From Fistulifera solaris (taxonomy: Eukaryota): a DNA stretch of 64,000 bases. The position numbers and the translations under genes are program-made. This document shows, piece after piece, positions 11,407 through 23,775 of this stretch. The notes under the pieces were generated by a model, which was not told where the DNA came from, made no database searches, and saw only the letters and a list, made by a program, of their open reading frames with translations. The DNA lies in assembly GCA_030295235.1 (NCBI GenBank), contig AP026134.1, positions 248,001 through 312,000 of the forward strand, read 5' to 3'. Position 1 is the first letter of the stretch. Each line of letters starts with the position of its first letter.

Positions 11407-13086
11407 ATGAGGTTGTCAAATGCAATCTTACCCGCGATCGGACGCCGTGGCGTTGCGATTCCAAACTACGATCCGGCGAGTATCACACCCGGAATCTTCC
11501 ATGTAAGTTTCACTGAAAGCAGATCAAATCACATGCGCTCTATACTACAATCCGTTACTTCTGTACCCCTCGAATGATATTTCGTCTCACCCTTTCGCCA
11601 GGTCGGGACCGGAAATTTCCATCGCGCTCATTTGGGAAATTACATGCACGAACTCTTCCAGCAAGACCCCACACAACGACATTGGGGAATTATTGGCAGT
11701 AGTGTACGACCGCATACGCAAGATGCCAAGAAGAAACGATTGGCGGACCAAGATTGGTTGCAGACACTCGTGATCATGGATGGATCTAACGCCGATGCCC
11801 GGATTCTCGGTAGCATGATTGATTATGTTTCTGTCACGGACCCGGACGACACGTCTCCCATTCTCCGCGCCTTATTGAATCCGGACATTCGCATTGTATC
11901 CATGACGATAACCGAAGGTGGCTACTTTTTGAACCCACACACGGGAAAGTTCGATTCGAACCATCCGGCCATTCGTCAAGATGTGGAAGACATGGATCAG
12001 GCGTCGACCATTTTTGGTCTGATTGTGAAAGCCTTGGATTTGCGCCGCAAACAGGGATTGCCCGCGTTTACCGTCCTGTCCTGTGACAATGTTCCTCACA
12101 ATGGTGCGTACGAAGAACCAGAAGTAGTGTTCTTTTTGTTGTTGGTGGTGTCTCACTCTTCACTCTTGTTTTAGGCGACGTCTGTCGCAATGTGATTGTC
12201 GGTCTGGCCCAATTGGTCGACCCTACCCTCGCTGACTGGATTCAAGCCAATGCTTCGTTTCCTAATTCCATGGTGGATCGGATTGCCATTGCCACGGGCG
12301 ATCGAGAACGCGCCTTGATTCAAGAAAAGTACGGGTACGAAGACGTTGCTCCGGTCGTCTGCGAACCGTTCACTCAATGGGTCCTCGAAGATGATTTTTG
12401 TCAAGGACGACCAACGTGGGAACAATTGGATTCCATTCAGTTTGTGGAGGATGTGGAACCCTTTGAACGAATGAAGATTCGGATTCTAAATGGGGGACAC
12501 GCGTCGTTGTGTTATTCGGCGGCCTTACTCGACATTGACTTCGTCCATCAAGCCATGGAACATCCCGTGTTGGGTCCTTTCTTGGATACACTGGAACGCA
12601 ATGAAATCATTCCGACGGTCGGTGAAGTCCCCGGTATAGATTTGACCGAATATTGGGAAACGATTCAATCGCGCTTTGCCAATTCGGCCATGTGCGATAC
12701 GGTGGCACGAAATGTGGCGCAAGGATCGGACCGTCAAACCAAATTCATCATTCCCGTCATTCAAGCCAACCTTGCCGAGGGTCATTCCGATCTTCAAGGA
12801 CTCGCGACCGTGAGTGCTTTGTGGTGTCGGTATTGTCAAGGGACGACCGAAAGTGGTAAAGTGATCGAGCCCAACGATAATTTATGGGATCGATTGCACG
12901 AAAAAAGCTCTGTTGGCGATCAAGAATCCGGTCGTGTGGTTAGAAATGGAAGATATTTATGGTGATTGTGGAAAGAATCGTTTGTTTGTGCATCATTTTA
13001 CGGAAGCTTTGCAAACGATTCAGAAGCAAGGTGTCGAAGCGGCGCTGAAGAAGTACGTCGAGTCCTTCGCCGCAGCGGTGGCTTGA
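11407..13086 (+). CDS. Mannitol 2-dehydrogenase / long-chain polyol dehydrogenase; introns 11503-11601 and 12104-12174
   Basis: HVGTGNFHRAH, MTITEGGY, LSCDN, FPNSMVDRI and KIRILNGGH motifs; frameshift in A-run ~12905. Confidence 0.92.
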
Positions 13087-13513
13087 TAAAAGGCAGAACT
13101 GGAGTTCCTGTCTTTGTTGTTAGTTTTTGTGTAATGCGTAGTAGAGACACTATTATTAGCCGAAAGAGAATGAAGGAGTGGGTGTGTTAGTGTGTTGGAG
13201 TTGGAGGCGAGACATGCCGATCGCTCAATTCGAGTATTTTTTTGCCCACGCTACGCCGTGTCTTAGCGGTAATAGCTGTTGATTTGCACTGACGGGTGGA
13301 AGCAAGACGCTTCTTCGTTTGTACGTTGTAGGGCTTTTTTCATTTCATTTCGTTCGTCCATCGTCCATCCGACGATTTCTGTCTCTCGTTTCTTCTTTTC
13401 CTCACTTTGTTGTTGTCCTGGTAGAGGAGTCCATCCTTCTTATTCATTCGTTCTTTCTCTTGGATCCCCCTTTCTTCTGTTTTCATCAACCAATCATACA
13501 GAAAGACGAAATT

Positions 13514-14737
13514 ATGTCAGCAGATGACGAAATCGATTACGACGAATTGATTCAACAAATTGAATCGGAATGGAATCTCGACGATTGTCAACAAGAATTG
13601 TTGGATGCCGCTCGGTACGATGATTTAGAAGTCGTTCGTGCCATCTTACAATGTCATCCTGATTTGATCGCGTACCAAGATTCGGAGACGGGAAATTCGG
13701 CACTGCACATGGCGGCGGCGAATGGACACGCCGCCGTCGTGCAATTCCTCTTGTCGGTCGGAGCCAGTGTTGTTGGTCTCGAAAACAAAGCCGGGAATTC
13801 ACCCTTGCATTGGGCAGCATCGAATGGGAAGCACGAGATTGTACAATTATTATTACAAGAATCTCAAGCCGATGTTTTGCAACGGAATCGTTTCGGACGT
13901 TCGGCCTTGACGGAAGGTTTTACGAGTGAAAATACGGATGTGGTACAAGCACTGTTGGAACACGCGTCGGCATCGGAAGAACGTTTGATGGCGACCGCGG
14001 GTACGGAGGAAAAGGATGTTTCGGTGACACATTCGTTTCAAATGGGTGGCGTTTCATTCCGAGTCCGTGAATTGGCCATTGCCCAATCGTCGGAAGACAC
14101 GATTTTGGGTCAAGAAACACCCGAAGACGATACAACCGGATTGGGAATTTGGGCAGCGTCTCTGATATGTGCCCGTTGGGTGGTCGAATGGTTTTCCAGT
14201 AAGGATTATAAGCACGTCTTGGAGTTGGGAGCCGGCTGTGGTGTCCCAGGTCTCGCGGTCGCTACAATGGGTGTAGCGTCAAAGGTGTATTTGACCGATT
14301 TCAATGCGCGAACGGTGAGCAATCTACAGCACAATGTCGAAATCAATGGACTGATAGATTGTGTCGAGGTTCTCAATATGAATTGGCACGATCAATCAAC
14401 ATGGCCTCAGGAAAAGATGGACGTCGTGATCGGATCCGATTTGATCTACCAATCCGACATGGCACCCTTGCTGGCCACCACCTTGCAACAGCTGGTGGCG
14501 CACCATGGCCGCTTTCTGTATGCCGCACCCAAGGAGGGACGACAAGGTCATGCCGACTTTTTAGCGTTGATGGAGAAATCCGGATTTCAGTTGTTAGGAG
14601 AAACGGAACCTCCGCAGTCTTATATAGGGAATCCTTTGCAAAATCAGGACGACGAAGACTTTTACTTGCATTTTCATGAACTTCAGAACAAAGATATGAA
14701 TTACAGACTCTATGAGTTTCTGCAAACGAACGCATAA
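13514..14737 (+). CDS. Ankyrin-repeat + lysine methyltransferase (METTL21/Methyltransf_16 type) protein
   Basis: GNSALHMAAANGH ankyrin repeats; TGLGIWAAS, VLELGAGCG and IGSDLIY motifs. Confidence 0.88.
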   Translation: MSADDEIDYDELIQQIESEWNLDDCQQELLDAARYDDLEVVRAILQCHPDLIAYQDSETGNSALHMAAANGHAAVVQFLLSVGASVVGLENKAGNSPLHWAASNGKHEIVQLLLQESQADVLQRNRFGRSALTEGFTSENTDVVQALLEHASASEERLMATAGTEEKDVSVTHSFQMGGVSFRVRELAIAQSSEDTILGQETPEDDTTGLGIWAASLICARWVVEWFSSKDYKHVLELGAGCGVPGLAVATMGVASKVYLTDFNARTVSNLQHNVEINGLIDCVEVLNMNWHDQSTWPQEKMDVVIGSDLIYQSDMAPLLATTLQQLVAHHGRFLYAAPKEGRQGHADFLALMEKSGFQLLGETEPPQSYIGNPLQNQDDEDFYLHFHELQNKDMNYRLYEFLQTNA

Positions 14738-15212
14738 ACGGTGTCATATTTTGCTTCTTAATGGCCCTGTAGCTCAATGTTCGTGTGATCGCCTCTCATG
14801 GAAGCTCCTCATTTGAACTACTGTCTACCGATCAAAGGATAGATTGTTCCCGGATTTAGACTGGCATCAATCTTACGATCAAGCTAGCAAGAGCACAGCT
14901 TAAAGAAGAAAGACGTTGAACGAGAGATCTACAACATGCTAACAATCATCATTCGTTACTCTTCCCGATTCACTTTGTCATCGTTCATTTCATGTAATTA
15001 CTCATGTAGCCAAAAGATGATCAAAACTAGAGCTTGGAATGTCATGGACAGCTCTGGAGATCAGGTAAATGGGAATGAGCAATTCTTGCCAAACATGTGA
15101 TCTAAAGAAGCCGTTTTACAGCAGTTTCATTAATAATACTTGCGAGTACAAGGGCTCGTCTTTCTTTAATCCTTCTTGACATCTATACTTTTACATTATC
15201 AACACTACTTCT

Positions 15213-18200
15213 TCATTCATACCATGATGTTGTTTCCATATCTTCTGCGCCAAACTCTCTTGTTTTGGAACGGGAAGACGCACTACTAGCTGTTTCATCG
15301 GTCACAGTTCCGTCGATGACATTTCCTTCTTTGATGGCTCGGTCGGTGTCTGCTGTTAACGCACTCCGTCTCCGTTTTCGCATAAGAAAGCTGACAGCTG
15401 CCAATGTCATGAATGCGGAAACCGCCGCTGCTGCAGTAGCAAGTGGTAATACCTTTGCCTTGGAAACATCCGGAGCGGAATGACTTGATTCGATTTCGGA
15501 CGGGTCATCAGCCTTTTCACTCGATGGTTCTTCCGTTACTTCATCCTTGTCTTCGGGTACGTCTTCCTTCGCTTCATCGTTTTTATCCGAGCTTTCATCC
15601 ATTTCTTGACCACGAGCCGTCTCTTCCGGAATTATTTCAATAGATTCGAATTCAACTTGAGTCGTGCTCGCCATGTTAGGTACAGTTCGGGCAAACTCGA
15701 GGATGTATCTAATAAAGTAAAACAGTTAGTACCGACACAACTTTCACAATGAATGAGTTCGCGATTGACGACTTACCTAATGTAATCATCCTCTGTGGCG
15801 GCCATGACATCGAAGTGCGTTGCCACATCCGCGATCCCTGGTGATCCTTTCTCGTAAAGCACCACCGTATCGAAAGAAATGTAGTAGTTCCAAGCCGCTG
15901 CTGGATCATTGAAGGTTTCTGCAGCTGGCAGGGCGTCTCCAAAGAGAACATCTTTGGGAGTGATTTCAACACCCACAAAGCCTGTCCCTGTACCCTCGTA
16001 AAACGCTTCAAAGAGCGTAGTAAAAAAAGTCTTGTGTATTGGTGATTAGAGTCGCCAATTGATCATCGGGGAGAGTTTCTTCGAGTAATTCAACGACATA
16101 AACTAAGTAGTAATCGGTGAGACGAACCCTCGTGAATTCGTCGCCCACGGACGGGGCCAGAGACGATCCTGCTGTAGTACCCAAGCCGGATGGCATAAGG
16201 GATGGAGCGATGGTTGTTCCGCCTGTCGTCGGCGCGGGAGTAACGGCAGTTTGAGTTGGGGCTGCAGTACCTCCTGTCGTCGGTGCGGGAGTAACTGCGG
16301 CCTGGGTTGGGGCGGCAGTACCGCCTGTCGTCGGCGCGGGGGTAACGGCAGTTTGAGTTGGGGCCGCAGTACCGCCTGTGGTCGGAGCAGGAGTGTTGGA
16401 AGCCAAAGTTGGCGCTGAGGTACCAGCAGTGGTAGGTGCTGGGGTAGCAGAAGCAGTAACCGGAGCAGAAGTTCTTGCAACGGAAGGAGCTGCTGTTGGG
16501 GCGCCTGGGGTGACTGGACTAGCAGTATTAGGAGGATCGGTAGAGGGATCTAAAAACAAAAGTAAGACAATATGAGAGTTTCTAGGAGCGAGTAGCTCCC
16601 CACATCACGCAGGCAATACTCACCTGCTGGCAAAACGTCTTCTAGGATGTGAATGATTCCATTACATGCAGGGATGTCAGATTCAATTACGCCAACCCCA
16701 TTGAACTCTAACGGCTCTAGTGTCACCGTCACCTCCTCTCCTGACAACGACGGTATTGTGCCTTCTTGAACAACAGAGGAAGATTGCACTCCAGGAAGAA
16801 TGTGGAAGAGGAGTAAATCTTGCAAGTCCTGCCGATTCTCAGGTAAGAGTAGCTCATCTATCGTCGTCTCATCGATTTGTTCGAAAGCATCATTTGTAGG
16901 AATGAGGGCTGTAAAGGGACCAGCGCATAGGAACACTTCTTCGAGGCCAGCAAGTTCAATCATGTCCACAAAAATAGATAAATCGGGATTCAACTTTGCT
17001 GTTTCGAGCACGTTGAGCTCACAAATGTGTCCTGAATACTGTAGGTGTCTCTTGTGAAAGAATCCGTTTCCGTACTCGCGGGAGGACGAATGAGTTGGTC
17101 CTCGAAAGTCAAGCGCCGCACACTCTTCTGGCAGATACCCGTTTTCTGCAAGAAAGTAAAGGACATGAGACAAAGCGAACAACTCATTCAGATGAGCAAG
17201 TCTCCATACTTACCGGGTGTGATTAAGACGTCGTCAATTTTATGAATGACTCCATTACAGCCCAACATATCTCGACGAATCACTCCTGCTTGATTGAACA
17301 TAAGTGGGTTCGTGCTCACTTGAACTCGATCACCCTGTAGCGTCTTGTACCCGTTTTCGCGGAAATCTTGTTCAAGATAAAGACTTGGAATAATGTGGTA
17401 GAGAATGAAGTCTTCGAGTTCTTCGCTGTTGTAAGGATGCTGCAGAAATTCGAGCAAGAACGGGTTGCGCTCTAGCGCTGAATTACTCGGTGCCAACAGA
17501 GTAAAGGGTCCAGCACATTCGAGTACACGGTCGATTCCGGCTTTCTCCATGAGACGGACAAAGATGGAAAGATCGGGGTCGTTGCATGCCGTTTCGTAAA
17601 CGTTCGGGCTGCATCCCTCACCGTCAAATTGGAGCTCTCTTGACTGCCACGGCTGGAGTGCAGGCGTTTTGCCTTCAAAGAGCTCGTTTTGATTGTCTTG
17701 AAGATTTCTCCATCCCCCCTTTCCTTTTCCACTGTATCCCCCTTTGCCTTTGCCTTTTCCTGATGCAAATCGGTATTTGCCGCTAAAGTCGAAATCATCA
17801 CAGAAGCCGCCGTCGCTACTACCACTGCCCTTCTTCCCTTTGCTACTCTTCTTGCTAGAGCTACCGCCCTTTCCTTTCCCCTTTCCTTCTCGATATCCTT
17901 GATATCCTTTCCCCTTTCCTTTACCCCGACTGTAGATACTTGTATATTCTGGATCTGGATTCGTTGTCACGTCCGTGAACGAAACAGGTTCTTCGCTGGT
18001 AAAGCCAGAAGTTGGCGACGAATACCTTGAGGGTCTCGAGTTGAGTCCATCGAAAAATAGGTTCCTTTTGTCTTGTCGTCGTTGATGCAGAAGACGCTTG
18101 GCTTTGACGGTTTCCAGGTTGTTGCCGTTCTGTTCCGTAAGAGACACACTGCTTTGGACAAACGATATTTCCGTATTAGTTGCTGCCCCGAAGGACAGTA

Positions 18201-18252
18201 TTAGACCAACTCCAAGAGTCAAAAGCACTTTCAGGTGCTGATGGAGCATCAT
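15213..18252 (-). CDS. Single-pass cell-surface protein: signal peptide, GK/S-rich region, two fasciclin (FAS1) domains, Thr/Pro repeats, TM (4 exons)
   Basis: FTLLAPSNSA..YHII..NGVIHKIDDVL and FTALIPTNDAF..FHIL..NGIIHILEDVL; GT-AG introns near 17147-17213, 16550-16623 and 15709-15776; TM followed by RKRRR. Confidence 0.8.
16215..16450 (-). repeat. Coding tandem repeat (54 bp; TPAPTTGGTAAPTQTAV-like, mucin-type)
   Basis: Repeated CCGCCTGTCGTCGGCGCGGG blocks, about 4 units. Confidence 0.85.
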
Positions 18253-18586
18253 CGTCTATTTTTACAAATGCAAGCTGCGTAAAATGAAATCGGCTTCCGA
18301 AGGTTTTCTCAGTCGGGACAAATTCCATCCGTGTTAGATGCAAAATGTGACCAGAAAAATGTTTCACAAGAGCTGTGAGTCCTGAGAAGCCAAGAGAATT
18401 TTCTATTCAACGCATGGCGTGCATCGCGCATCGCGGATGGGTCTTTAAAAAATATCAAGGAAAAAAATCGAATGTCTTACCGTTATTGCTAGTCGAGTAA
18501 AATTATGACGCTACAAGGGAGCTGGCTTTGGATGATGGAAAAGAGAGTGCAAGTACAGTACGGTACCGTACCATGCATGTAACGGA

Positions 18587-18665
18587 GGAACGGCGTTAAA
18601 ATTCTGCCTCGTCGTAGACGCTACGTAGAATCTTGTATTTGGAGGCAGAATTTTGACGTCCTTCC
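18587..18665. repeat. ~80-bp palindromic interspersed repeat, copy 1
   Basis: CGTTAAAATTCTGCCTC...GAGGCAGAATTTTGACG; near-identical to 57227-57388. Confidence 0.9.
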
Positions 18666-19075
18666 TGACAAGGTACCAGCACCGTATCCTTGTACCTGGT
18701 ACAAGGTACAGCACCGGTACCGGTACCGGTACCGGTACCTTGTCATAATTTGACTTTAGCAGTTGGCAGTGCCAGTAACCTTGTACCAAGGTACTATCGG
18801 TAAGTCAATAGTCAAGAGTCCTTGACGTTTAGGGTAGTATCGGTAAGTCGGTAAGTCAATAGTCCCCGACGTTTCTTATTTCATTTGCTCTCCTTTCTCA
18901 CCTGGGCCTAGCTAGATCTATCATCGAGATTCTATTCGAATGATTTGCAGGGAGCTCAAGGTTCTTCACGACAACATAGATGGTGAAGACCGTACGTGAT
19001 AGGTGTCGCTGTTAACAATTATTTATTTATATCACAATCACCGAGACTTGACGAGTACTTCAGTTTTAGTCTGCA

Positions 19076-19825
19076 TTAAACAGCAGCAATAGTGAATTCG
19101 CATGTTGATTGAGAGAAAGCGTCGAAACCAAGGGCTGTTCCGACACCGAAGGCAAATCCAATCGCAGAGTCTTCTTCCCTGATAAAGAAATACGGGATCT
19201 CGAGAATAGTAGGAATAATGTCAGCAACCTCGATCATTTCCCATGTACCACTGACGTCCTCTGTAAAGAAGGCACCAAAGATAGCAGTGGCAGCCACTTC
19301 AATTCCAAAACCCAAGCCGCGGCACTGACCTTGAATCAAGCCACTTGGCGAAAGGGCTACCAGAAACTGGGCTTGAGCGCCGACTTGAATTTCAAAGGCT
19401 CCTCCAATGAACGGTAAGGTAGTGTCTGTTTGCATGGTGTCCACCATGCCTGGGCATCGAGAAAGTTCCGCCTCGATCGTCTTCATTATGCCTGTCACTT
19501 GTCTTGCTACCTTGCTGTCTTCTTTGTCAGTTGAATTGAAGACCTGAGTCGAAATGTTGGTGATCATGTTTTCGGTGTTCAACTTGTTCAAAGCTGGCTC
19601 AACTTTTTTGAGAGCGTTAGCGATACAATCAGCAGGCAAGCATTTGTTGAGCCCGTCTACACATTCAATGTCGTTTTGACATCCACGGAATCTTCCACAG
19701 CGTCCTCCAAGCGGCGAACTCGGGAAGAGGTTACCCAGTAAGTCAAAACGCGCTTCTTGCTCGCTTGCAGCAGCCAACGAGTGAAAGCTTGTCAAGAGAA
19801 AGAACGAATATGAGAAGAGCTTCAT
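19076..19825 (-). CDS. Secreted hypothetical protein with short Cys-rich motif and Gly-rich C-terminal region
   Basis: Signal-peptide-like MKLFSYSFFLLTSFHSLAAA; CGRFRGCQNDIECVDGLNKCLPADC. Confidence 0.65.
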   Translation of the reverse strand: MKLFSYSFFLLTSFHSLAAASEQEARFDLLGNLFPSSPLGGRCGRFRGCQNDIECVDGLNKCLPADCIANALKKVEPALNKLNTENMITNISTQVFNSTDKEDSKVARQVTGIMKTIEAELSRCPGMVDTMQTDTTLPFIGGAFEIQVGAQAQFLVALSPSGLIQGQCRGLGFGIEVAATAIFGAFFTEDVSGTWEMIEVADIIPTILEIPYFFIREEDSAIGFAFGVGTALGFDAFSQSTCEFTIAAV

Positions 19826-20439
19826 TGTATACTGTCGGACGTTGGTAGTAGAGTGTGAAATGCCTTGCTTCTGATGAAGTGAGGATAATGAGACAATCAA
19901 TTTGTTCCATGATTTGCATGAAGATCGAAAAAATGAAGTGCTGACACATGCAATCACCGGTTGAACGGAACATCGACGTTTTGGATAATGAGAAAAGTCG
20001 TTAAGTACGACTGTTGAACGGATGCGAGATAGAACTAGAGTACATAAATTTCCAAAGTGTGTCTAAATAATCTTTAATCGTCTTTATACTATGCGAATCG
20101 AGTACCGGTACCGGTACCAGGTATAGGTATAGGAACCCGAACCCACTTGGGACTTGAAGACCATCTTGATTTATCTGTGCGTTCGCTTTTCAGCAATACA
20201 CATGCAAACGAAAAAAGCCTCTTGAGCTACTTTGTAGTTAATGGGATGCCGTTTTCGCTAGGGTAGTAAGCGAGCTGTTATAACCTAGTGATTTACGGCA
20301 ACACTTTGGACCTTCAGGACGACATTGAGACATCGACCGAAACGGATCCCGTACTTGATTTGAAGTGGCACCACTTCATCATCTTTATAAAGAACTAGCC
20401 TGTAGAAAACCATGCGAAGCTAATACGAAGTCTCATTAC

Positions 20440-21783
20440 TTAGTTCGTCGGATACAGGTTCTGATTTCGGATCACTTCGTACAACTCTTGACGCCCCGAG
20501 ATTAAGGCTGGCTCACCCTTCTTCTTGGCGTATTCGGCGCATTCTTCGAGCGTGGCTTCACCATCTTCAATCTTTTGTCCCATATCCTCTGACCACGTCA
20601 AATAACGCTGCTGCAGCATTTGCCGCAACACACCTTGTTCGTGCATAGCGGCCGCCTTGCGCAATCCCAACGCGTAACAATCCATACTACCAATGTGTGC
20701 ATAGAACAAATCGATCGGATCCACCGATTCGCGTCGGACTTTGGCATCAAAATTGAGACCACCACTCAATCCACCTTGTCGAATGACCACACCCATAATA
20801 GCCGCTGTTTCTTGTACATTCATGGGAAACAAATCCACATCCCAACCCAGAATCGGATCGCCCGTATTGCAATCGATACTCCCGAGCATGTTGTAGGCAC
20901 TTGCCATGGCAATATCGTGTTCCGACGAATGACCCGCCAAGGTGGTATGATTGGGTTCGATATTGAGTTGAAAGTGTTCCGATAAACCGTATTCATGCAA
21001 GAATGCCATGGCCGTTTGCGCATCATAATCGTACTGGTGTTTCGTGGGTTCCCGGGGTTTGGGTTCCAACAAGAATTTAGCCGTATAACCTTTCTTTTGC
21101 TTGTACGCCACAGCCATGCGGTACATGGCGGCCATATGATCGCATTCCTTCTTGAGATCGGTATTCAACAACGTTTGGTAACCTTCTCGTCCACCCCAAA
21201 AAACGTGATGTGATCCTTTCAATTTGTGAATCAGATCCATCATGGTTTGAATTTGTGCCGCCGCATAACAAAAGACGTGTACATCGGGATTGGTCATGGC
21301 ACCGTTCATGTAACGCGGATTCGTAAACAAATTTTGTGTCCCCCACAAAAGTTGGACGCCGGTTTGTTGTTGTTTTTCCAACAAGTAGTCTCCGATCATG
21401 GCAAGATTATGTTGAAATTCTTCCAAGGAATTCCCCGTAGGAGCCACGTCAATATCGTGAAAGGTATAATATTCGACACCGAGTTTGGTCAAGAATTCAA
21501 AGAGCACATCAATGCGTCGTTTCGCCAAGGCCAGAGGATCTAGTAGTGCCGCATCATCTTCTTCTTCTTCTTCTTCCCACGGTCTCTGTAAAGTCTTGTC
21601 ACCAAATGGATCGGATCCTCCACCACCCACGAGAGTATGCCAGAAACACACACTGAATTTGAGCCATTCTTTCATGGGTTTTCCCAAAATCATTTCGTTC
21701 GCATTGTAATGACGAAATGATAAGGGATCTTGGGAATGCGGGCCTTGGTATACAATTTTGGGAGCGTTGAAAAAGTCTGTCAT
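20440..21783 (-). CDS. xylA: Xylose isomerase (class II), intronless
   Basis: FSVCFWHT, FHDIDVAP, VFWGGREGY, LEPKPREP, NIEPNH and GGLNFDAK motifs. Confidence 0.96.
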   Translation of the reverse strand: MTDFFNAPKIVYQGPHSQDPLSFRHYNANEMILGKPMKEWLKFSVCFWHTLVGGGGSDPFGDKTLQRPWEEEEEEDDAALLDPLALAKRRIDVLFEFLTKLGVEYYTFHDIDVAPTGNSLEEFQHNLAMIGDYLLEKQQQTGVQLLWGTQNLFTNPRYMNGAMTNPDVHVFCYAAAQIQTMMDLIHKLKGSHHVFWGGREGYQTLLNTDLKKECDHMAAMYRMAVAYKQKKGYTAKFLLEPKPREPTKHQYDYDAQTAMAFLHEYGLSEHFQLNIEPNHTTLAGHSSEHDIAMASAYNMLGSIDCNTGDPILGWDVDLFPMNVQETAAIMGVVIRQGGLSGGLNFDAKVRRESVDPIDLFYAHIGSMDCYALGLRKAAAMHEQGVLRQMLQQRYLTWSEDMGQKIEDGEATLEECAEYAKKKGEPALISGRQELYEVIRNQNLYPTN

Positions 21784-22172
21784 GTCTTGGCCTTGTGAAT
21801 TTGTTTGTTTGTTATTTATGCCTTTACCTGGTTAGTTTTGCATGAAGTTTATTACTCCGTATTCGTTTGACTTTTACCTGGGAAATGCAAACCGTGCGAG
21901 AACGATCGTTGATTATTACTACTATTATTATTTTTCTCGTTCTCGTCCTCCTTGGTTCACGCGCAACCAAAGGTCGCGCGCGTTCGTCACTCTCGTTGAA
22001 TCCGTGTTCTTCATGTCGTAACGGTGTAGAGGACAATTGGATGGAGGCGAGAGAAATACAAAACGCGCAGCGAATAAGATAAGAGCCAAAATAATACGTA
22101 GTAATGCAATAATAATCATCATCCATACCAGAAGGATCATTTATTTATTTATCGTCGCAAGACAAGACAAGT

Positions 22173-22961
22173 ATGTCTCGAATCGATTATTCGAAATGGG
22201 ATCATTTAGAAGATAGTGACGATGACTATAATAATAATGATGATAATGATAATGATAATGCTTCGACAGCAGAAAATCATCGTCCGCGTGTGACGAAATT
22301 GGAACAACCGAGTCGGATCACAACACAAGCCGATGGGACCCTTCTCGTGGAACCGTCAAGTCCTACTACCACGAACAAACAACCCGTCATTATGAATCAT
22401 TATCAACCTGTCACAACAGAAGATGAAATACCTTCGGAATGGATCATAAAAGGTGATCATGTCATTCTGGAAAACAATATTATAGAATTGTGGTGGTCGC
22501 AAGATCGTTACTCGGTGACAATACGAATACGACTTGCATCAGAGATGAAGATAAAATCGGTACAGATCGAACCCATTCTTTCGTACCAGGATCGTCATTG
22601 CGCCACCGGAACACAAACACCGGTTCTCAAAATTCATACGTCAGATGGTTCGGTGTGGTTCGAAGGCTCCTTGTCGCATCCCGTTCATTTGGCTGAAAAC
22701 GACGACGACGATACCGTCGATTGGACGATTGTGACGCACCAACACCAAAAATATTTGACCATGATCTTGTACAAAGCCACACCTATGGCGGGTATGTTTG
22801 TTTGGTGGAAGCGTCCGTTGTTGCAGTGTCCGGAACGCAGTCTCGAAACGGACGACGACAACGACAGCAACAACGACAGCCGTCGGGCGTTTCAACAAGC
22901 CTGGACCGAGGCGCATCAACAATTCGTTGCGGAAACCAGTCGTCCTCGAAACGCACTTTGA
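22173..22961 (+). CDS. CS/p23-like (NudC-type) co-chaperone domain protein
   Basis: N-terminal IDYSKWDHLEDSDD motif; WWSQDRYSVTIRI...GSLSHPV...VDWTI...WW. Confidence 0.6.
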   Translation: MSRIDYSKWDHLEDSDDDYNNNDDNDNDNASTAENHRPRVTKLEQPSRITTQADGTLLVEPSSPTTTNKQPVIMNHYQPVTTEDEIPSEWIIKGDHVILENNIIELWWSQDRYSVTIRIRLASEMKIKSVQIEPILSYQDRHCATGTQTPVLKIHTSDGSVWFEGSLSHPVHLAENDDDDTVDWTIVTHQHQKYLTMILYKATPMAGMFVWWKRPLLQCPERSLETDDDNDSNNDSRRAFQQAWTEAHQQFVAETSRPRNAL

Positions 22962-23435
22962 AACGCGTGATGAAAAAACAACAACAACAACAACAACAAC
23001 AAAAACAGTCGAACATTTTTGAGGTACGTGTTTCCGTGTATTTTTTTTCTTCGTTGTAACATCTGCCAGGACGACATTTTTTCTTCTATACATAGATAGT
23101 AACGAAAAATTAGGGACATCTGAATGTATTGTGAGCGAATTGAGAAAATCAGACGGAGCAGATCTTTGTTTTCGCTCTTGTGTGTGTGTGTGTGTGTTTT
23201 GCAGAATCGATCTTGGTGGACTCACTTTTGATACTGTTTCTTTTTTCTTTTTTTTTCAGAACTGTTCCTCCTCTGTATAAAAGTAGCTTTACTTTACAAA
23301 GTAGTGATTCATTTAGTTTTACTTTGTCACTTCATGCAACTATTTGACAACGTTTTTTTTTCCGACGCAAACTTTCGAACAGAACCTTCCCTTCATAATC
23401 ACATGATACCATTTGAACCAACTAGGGTTCCCAAA

Positions 23436-23775
23436 TCAATGCACTGCGGCGGCGGCGGCCGATCCTTCCGGGGTTTCATTCGGAACGAGAACGGTAATTT
23501 GGTTTCCATTCAATAATATTTCCGTGTGCAACGGTGTCGCGGTGCTAACGCCATGGGCGTCCATGGAATATTCAATCGCATCCTCCAACACTAAATTGAC
23601 CTTTCCAGACGTGAGCGAAACGATAATGATGCAATCTTTTGCAAAAGGCACTTACATAATCATCAAAACCACGTAAAATTCCGACCACCTCTTTCTGTCC
23701 TCTTAATAAGATCCAAATCTTGGACCCTATTGCTTGATCGATCACTTCTAAAGGTAACAAACGTTTGGAAGACAT
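23436..23775 (-). CDS. LSM5: U6 snRNA-associated Sm-like protein LSm5 (1 intron)
   Basis: LLPLEVIDQAIGSKIWILLRGQKEVVGILRGFDDY|VNLVLEDAIEY...ILLNGNQITVLVP. Confidence 0.92.

Noticed and set aside
14763..14835. GGCCCTGTAGCTCAAT resembles a tRNA 5' end
   Set aside because: No complete D-arm, no correctly placed GTTCRA T-loop and no complementary 3' acceptor strand.
18790..18875. Short direct duplication around TATCGGTAAGTC...AATAGTC...GACGTTT
   Set aside because: Only two ~40-bp degenerate copies; consistent with local slippage.
20160..20400. Weak similarity to 57605-57745 (TTCGCTTT(T)CAGC.ATA.ACATG; TTTATAAAG)
   Set aside because: Matches are too short to call a repeat family without an alignment statistic.
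22978..23197. (CAA)n and (GT)n microsatellites
   Set aside because: Ordinary simple repeats in 3' or intergenic DNA.
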